DNA from: a virus
DNA: 43,971 nt
Virus record (IMG/VR): IMGVR_UViG_3300010401_000016
Location: 1-43,971 of that record
Strand: one strand, 5' to 3'
In this document: positions 39,953 to 43,971 of the stretch, one piece after another
How the letters are laid out: each line of letters opens with the position of its first letter
Position numbering within the stretch: position 1 is the stretch's first letter
Position numbers and translations under genes: made by a program
Notes under the pieces: generated by a model
Told to the model about the DNA's origin: nothing
What the model saw: only the letters and a program-made list of their open reading frames with translations
Database searches by the model: none

Positions 39953-40828
39953 TTATCTCTTTCTCAACAGATAGTATACACGAATTGATCGTGGTTGAAT
40001 AGATTGAGTTGTACTCAAGTTGTTTCCTGTAGATCCAGGAGTTGTTGAACCTGTGGATCCAGGTGTCGTTGAATCTGTTGATCCAGTTCCAGATCCAGAA
40101 TCAGTGTACCAAGTTCCAGTAGACCATGATTTTGATGCGTTTGATATACCCCCCTGGTTAAATGTTATAACACCTTGACCCAATGCTGTAGTTGCAGTTC
40201 CACCAGATGTATAAAATTGAAATACAGTTGAAGTAGATTCAGCAACTTTAAATTTCAAAGTTCCTGCACCGTGACTGTGCGATGCAGAGCTATGACTGTG
40301 CGAAGCAGATGAGTGATTGTGTCGAATATCAATTTGATGTGCGGCATTACCAGCAGGTGTGACTGACCAAGGATCAGTTCCCATATTCTCATCGCCATCT
40401 GTTCCGAATCCAACCATGTAACGACCAGACATATCTGTTGCTACTTGAGTGTCGAAAGGAGAAAGAGCATCATCAATTGTTTCACCGTTCATCAACTGCC
40501 AATAATCTGCATTGTAAGATACAAGATTATTATAATTGTAGAATGGAATGATCGTACCAATTGGAACCAAATCATTTATCAAAGTTGTTACAGTGTCGAT
40601 CTGATTATCTAAATCAGTATTCGTGTCATCGATCTGACCTTGCAAATCTAAAATATCTGCATTAATGTCATTCACATCCGTTTGCAAAGTTGCAATGTCG
40701 GATGAATTTGTGTCGATTAAATCTTGAAGAGTATTTACATAGTCTACAATATTATCAAATTCTGTGTTGAGATCTGAGGCTGTAAGAATTTCCCCAGCGA
40801 TCCATATTTTTACTCGTTCAAGTGCCAT
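39953..40828 (-). CDS. Tail fibre or tail-collar domain protein.
   Basis: The N-terminus is WIAGEILTASDLNTEFDNIVDYV, followed by a D/N/T-rich coiled coil. The collar-like segment is VPIGTIIPFYN...WQLMNGETI. The His-rich repeat is HNHSSASHSHSSASHSHG and the C-terminus is QSIQPRSIRVYYLL. Confidence 0.7.
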   Translation of the reverse strand: MALERVKIWIAGEILTASDLNTEFDNIVDYVNTLQDLIDTNSSDIATLQTDVNDINADILDLQGQIDDTNTDLDNQIDTVTTLINDLVPIGTIIPFYNYNNLVSYNADYWQLMNGETIDDALSPFDTQVATDMSGRYMVGFGTDGDENMGTDPWSVTPAGNAAHQIDIRHNHSSASHSHSSASHSHGAGTLKFKVAESTSTVFQFYTSGGTATTALGQGVITFNQGGISNASKSWSTGTWYTDSGSGTGSTDSTTPGSTGSTTPGSTGNNLSTTQSIQPRSIRVYYLLRKR

Positions 40829-40869
40829 ACGTTACCTTATATGTTAACATATTGTTGTTACAATATCAA

Positions 40870-42786
40870 TTATACTAAACCCTTTATTCCTAATGGCTTA
40901 TAGTACAAAAAGAGGGAATTGAAAATGAAGTTTTGTCCCAAGCCTGAATTTCTGACTCGGATCCCTATTTTGTTACCTATTCCATTGATTTTGATCTTTC
41001 GTCTTTCGAGCGAAATCCCGCCAAGTGCGTCCTGATCCAGTACAAATAAGTCCAGTGGAACTGTATTTGCTGAGGATACGGATATTGGAATTGTTTTGGC
41101 TACAATACCGTCGATTGTGATGTCCACAATCAAAGTATAATCGCCTGTTGGTTGAACCCAAATTTCAAGCCAGTCAAATCTTTTTTCTCGGTGACCCAGA
41201 TCAGGAGTAATCCAATCCAAATTTGTTTGAGGAAATTCAAAACTTCCCTCGTATGGAATAGTCATGCCGATGGAGCGTGTTGCTTGATTTGCTTTATAGA
41301 TGATACCATCATCACCAGCGCATCGAACAGCCATATTAGAATCTTGTTCTTGTGAAGCCCACATTGCTTGAAAGTATGAACCACGAGTTTCAACTGCGAT
41401 TCTGAAATTTGCAGGATTAGTTACGTCAATCACAAGACCGATGGAATTGAATTGATGTCCTTTTCTTGGATACATGATCCAAGCTTCTTGTCTTTCTGTA
41501 TCGTAATGAATTCTTGCGAATCGAAGACGAGACATATTTACATTTTGTTTTAACCAGTCTTTCAAGTGAAGAAGAGAAGTAATATCTGAACTTGCAAGAT
41601 CTTCACTATTTTGAACTGATGTTAAGGAATACAAATGTGCATCTGCACCAACAAACCAAACATCATTTCCTACACGAGCGATTGCGTGTTCACCTGCCAT
41701 ACCAATATCTTCTCGAACTGTGATGATTGGAGGGACAGTAAATTCTGTTGCAATGTCCGTTGTGTCGATTCTATAAACTCCATAAGGGAATTTAAAAACA
41801 AATAATTGTTGAGGAAGAAAACTAAAGCAGCAAGCAACTCGTTCAGAAAAACCTGGCTTAACTTCCAACACTGGAGGATTATCTGTACTGAAATCAGAGT
41901 GATCATCGAGATTACTAAAATAAATTGCATGTGGAGTTTTAGGACATCCATATGCAGCCATACGATAATCATGCATCAAAGCTGAAGAAGGATAATTTGT
42001 TTCTTCAGTTCCATCATGATCTAAATTTGTTTGTACAAAAGCTTCTTGAAAAGCTGTACCACTTCCAACCAATTGCACAAATACCAGAGCTGATGCATCT
42101 TCATCATTTGTAACCAAATTCATGATGTCATATGCATTGGTTGTAATTGCTCCCATTGCACCTGTTGCAAGGCTGATCGAGATGTCATTCCCTACGACTG
42201 AGATTGTCAATGGTTGATTATTTGCACCTGGATCAACATATTCAATTGTGATTGCATCGCCACCAGTTCCAGATTGTACTGCGGTATACAAAATTTCTTG
42301 AACTTGAAGAAATGAGTGGAATAACCAATCGAGGGAACCTGTTGTCATAGGAACCATCACATTGGATGTGCTATTTAATATTTGAGGATTTACGCCCTGA
42401 GAATAGAGATAAAGTTTTTTCTGTTTACCAATAAATTGATCACCTGATACAAGTGTAACTGGCTGAGTGAAATTCAAATCGTCTGCAAGGAGAAAAGCAG
42501 ATGCGTTGCCAGCTTGTTCTTTATAAACAGTTCCATTATCCCAAGCAGTAATTTGGTGTTGAAGCGTGGTCACAGGATGCCAGTCAAATCCAGCGAGTGC
42601 GCTGGGTTCATCTGGAATAGGATCTGTATCCAAAGCCAGAAGTCCTGGAGCTTTAGTATACGTGTCTCCATCAAAACGAATATTATTCGCTAAGATAAGA
42701 TTAGTGTAGGGGATTCGATTTAAGTTTTGATTGCCGTCGAACCCGCCAACTCCAATCTGGAATTCTGCGGTACTTCCTCGGTACAT
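40870..42786 (-). CDS. Tail tubular or nozzle-like protein (putative, 638 aa).
   Basis: A large beta-rich ORF adjacent to the fibre genes. It carries an inserted module of about 90 aa that is shared with 42786..43460. Confidence 0.5.
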   Translation of the reverse strand: MYRGSTAEFQIGVGGFDGNQNLNRIPYTNLILANNIRFDGDTYTKAPGLLALDTDPIPDEPSALAGFDWHPVTTLQHQITAWDNGTVYKEQAGNASAFLLADDLNFTQPVTLVSGDQFIGKQKKLYLYSQGVNPQILNSTSNVMVPMTTGSLDWLFHSFLQVQEILYTAVQSGTGGDAITIEYVDPGANNQPLTISVVGNDISISLATGAMGAITTNAYDIMNLVTNDEDASALVFVQLVGSGTAFQEAFVQTNLDHDGTEETNYPSSALMHDYRMAAYGCPKTPHAIYFSNLDDHSDFSTDNPPVLEVKPGFSERVACCFSFLPQQLFVFKFPYGVYRIDTTDIATEFTVPPIITVREDIGMAGEHAIARVGNDVWFVGADAHLYSLTSVQNSEDLASSDITSLLHLKDWLKQNVNMSRLRFARIHYDTERQEAWIMYPRKGHQFNSIGLVIDVTNPANFRIAVETRGSYFQAMWASQEQDSNMAVRCAGDDGIIYKANQATRSIGMTIPYEGSFEFPQTNLDWITPDLGHREKRFDWLEIWVQPTGDYTLIVDITIDGIVAKTIPISVSSANTVPLDLFVLDQDALGGISLERRKIKINGIGNKIGIRVRNSGLGQNFIFNSLFLYYKPLGIKGLV

Positions 42787-43460
42787 TACTCTTTCGTTTG
42801 GTATCTACCAGAATGTTCTGATGCGGGGGAATCATTAGCAGAGACAAACACTAAACGCGCCCATCTATGTTTTGTGTCGAATTCATCTGCATAATTTACT
42901 GCAACTGAACCATCAAAATCTTCTAAAGGATCCGCATCCCTCGACCATTCATTTTCTGCGGGAAGTTCATTTTCACCTTCTGGTGAGAAAGCATCTGATA
43001 CTTCACGATACAATGAACCTGCAACTTCATCGGCTGTTAGGCCAGTTGCATTTTGATCGTCTTGTGCATCGCTTGCTGTTCCACTGATTACTGGTGTAAC
43101 GAGTGCTAATGCAGGTGCGCTTGCAAGTATCGCAGCACGAATTTGTGTCGCTGTACTTACAGCATCTTCCATATGAACTACAATCGATGAGTCTGTTACT
43201 GAAACAGTTTCTGCTCCTGCTGAACCATCATCAAGATATGTTATTTCAATATCTGGATCTGCATCAAATCCTGTAGCGACTGCTGTGTAAGTAATATCTT
43301 GTATTACGACACTCGCAGCCAGTCCTGAAGTAGCACGATATTGGAATCCAACACCTGCCATTCTTTCTAAAAACATTGCGCGAGATTTTGCTTCTGCGCC
43401 AGCATCTATTTCACCAGACTCTGCTGGAAATAATGCTTGATTATCTGAATTTCTTATCAT
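42786..43460 (-). CDS. Tail or adaptor protein (putative, 224 aa).
   Basis: Track ORF with an AGGAG Shine-Dalgarno site. The stop/start overlap with the next gene is ATGTAA-type. Confidence 0.5.
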   Translation of the reverse strand: MIRNSDNQALFPAESGEIDAGAEAKSRAMFLERMAGVGFQYRATSGLAASVVIQDITYTAVATGFDADPDIEITYLDDGSAGAETVSVTDSSIVVHMEDAVSTATQIRAAILASAPALALVTPVISGTASDAQDDQNATGLTADEVAGSLYREVSDAFSPEGENELPAENEWSRDADPLEDFDGSVAVNYADEFDTKHRWARLVFVSANDSPASEHSGRYQTKE

Positions 43461-43485
43461 TTTATTATTCTCCTAATTACTTATC

Positions 43486-43971
43486 TTATATTGGTTTCGC
43501 AGGGAAGGATACATCGACTAAAAAAGAATCATCTGTGTTCCATGTAAATGGAATCGTATTTGTTACTTGAGCAGTCAAAGCAATACCACCTGATGTACCA
43601 ACATATAAATTTAAACTTGTATCATTATTGTGCCAAGCTGCTGTATCAATGTAATTTGCAGTGTGATGGTCTAACATATAAATAACACCAGGCAAAGGAA
43701 CACCCGTATCATCATCTAAATCAGCCACAATCATACTCGTATCACGTTGGTATCCACACGCTGCATAATCTAAATGCAATGTTGCAGAAGCACTTGTACT
43801 CGTCATCTTCCCTCTCATTTGAACTCTGAGTAATCCACTTCTAGGATCAAACCAGAAAAATCCAGTGAGAGTACAATTTGTAAAGTTTGATGTAGGAGTG
43901 AATGCTCCTTTTACAACTGCTGCATCTGCACCAGAAGGAAATTGAGCTATTTGGAAAACTGAATTTGTACC
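43486..43971 (-). CDS. Tail fibre protein, C-terminal part. This is the same gene as 1..1578, for about 646 aa in total on the closed circle.
   Basis: The frame is open from 43971 down to the stop at 43486. 43848-43818 = 30 nt keeps phase with codons ending at base 1. The track ORF merely starts at the first internal Met. Confidence 0.75.
   Translation of the reverse strand, partial: GTNSVFQIAQFPSGADAAVVKGAFTPTSNFTNCTLTGFFWFDPRSGLLRVQMRGKMTSTSASATLHLDYAACGYQRDTSMIVADLDDDTGVPLPGVIYMLDHHTANYIDTAAWHNNDTSLNLYVGTSGGIALTAQVTNTIPFTWNTDDSFLVDVSFPAKPI
43849..43971. repeat. Terminal direct repeat, copy 2 (identical to 1..123).
   Basis: Exact 123-nt match to the window start. Confidence 0.95.

Noticed and set aside
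43486-43818. Track ORF of 110 aa (MRGKMTST...) taken as an independent gene.
   Set aside because: The frame stays open upstream to the window end and joins in phase with 1..1578 across the 123-nt circular overlap. It is the C-terminus of the tail fibre.
1-43971. CRISPR arrays, an integrase or attachment sites, a reverse transcriptase or DGR, transposases, and toxin-antitoxin pairs.
   Set aside because: I saw no regularly spaced repeat-spacer arrays. None of the ORF translations show the tyrosine or serine recombinase, RT (YxDD) or DDE signatures.

Overview
The window is a complete, circularly closed dsDNA phage genome of about 43.85 kb. Bases 1..123 recur exactly at 43849..43971, and a tail-fibre gene runs across that junction. 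The layout is two divergent arms separated by a 1.15-kb non-coding control region (13899..15044).

The leftward (minus-strand) arm wraps through the junction. In order it carries:
- two small ORFs, a DnaQ/RNase H-fold exonuclease and a signal-peptide ClpP-class protease;
- a repeat-rich 330-aa protein and a tRNA with a CAT anticodon;
- small terminase and a frame-split large terminase;
- portal, scaffold and an HK97-fold major capsid protein;
- tail, fibre and internal-virion proteins, including a 1046-aa protein with a GNAT-like motif;
- a lysis cassette with an XhlA-like protein, an M15 endolysin, a holin and two membrane proteins.

The rightward (plus-strand) arm, 15045..32803, carries about 40 tightly coupled early and replication genes. 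Recognisable ones are an Ogg2-like glycosylase, an SLT lipoprotein, a Cas4-like PD-(D/E)XK nuclease, RtcB RNA ligase, an FmdB zinc ribbon, an AAA_24/Sak4-like ATPase, a family A DNA polymerase and a HAD hydrolase.

I could not recognise an integrase, a phage RNA polymerase, a primase or a replicative helicase. The gene order resembles an RNAP-less, T7-supergroup-like podovirus. The Sec signal peptide, the lipobox and the OMP-like C-terminus suggest a diderm host that uses Shine-Dalgarno sites. Both of these are inferences.

The most striking signal is at the DNA level. The 8-mer AGAGGGAA (extended RAGAGGGAA) occurs at least 32 times, 16 per strand, in all reading frames and evenly spaced, against about one copy expected by chance.

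Other notable points:
- four sigma70-like promoters positioned so that +1 coincides with an ATG or with the tRNA 5' end;
- a near-consensus sigma54-type element and dense palindromes in the control region;
- two A5-run frame breaks, one of them splitting terL;
- an inner-membrane-anchor plus OMP-like C-terminus protein in the lysis cassette.
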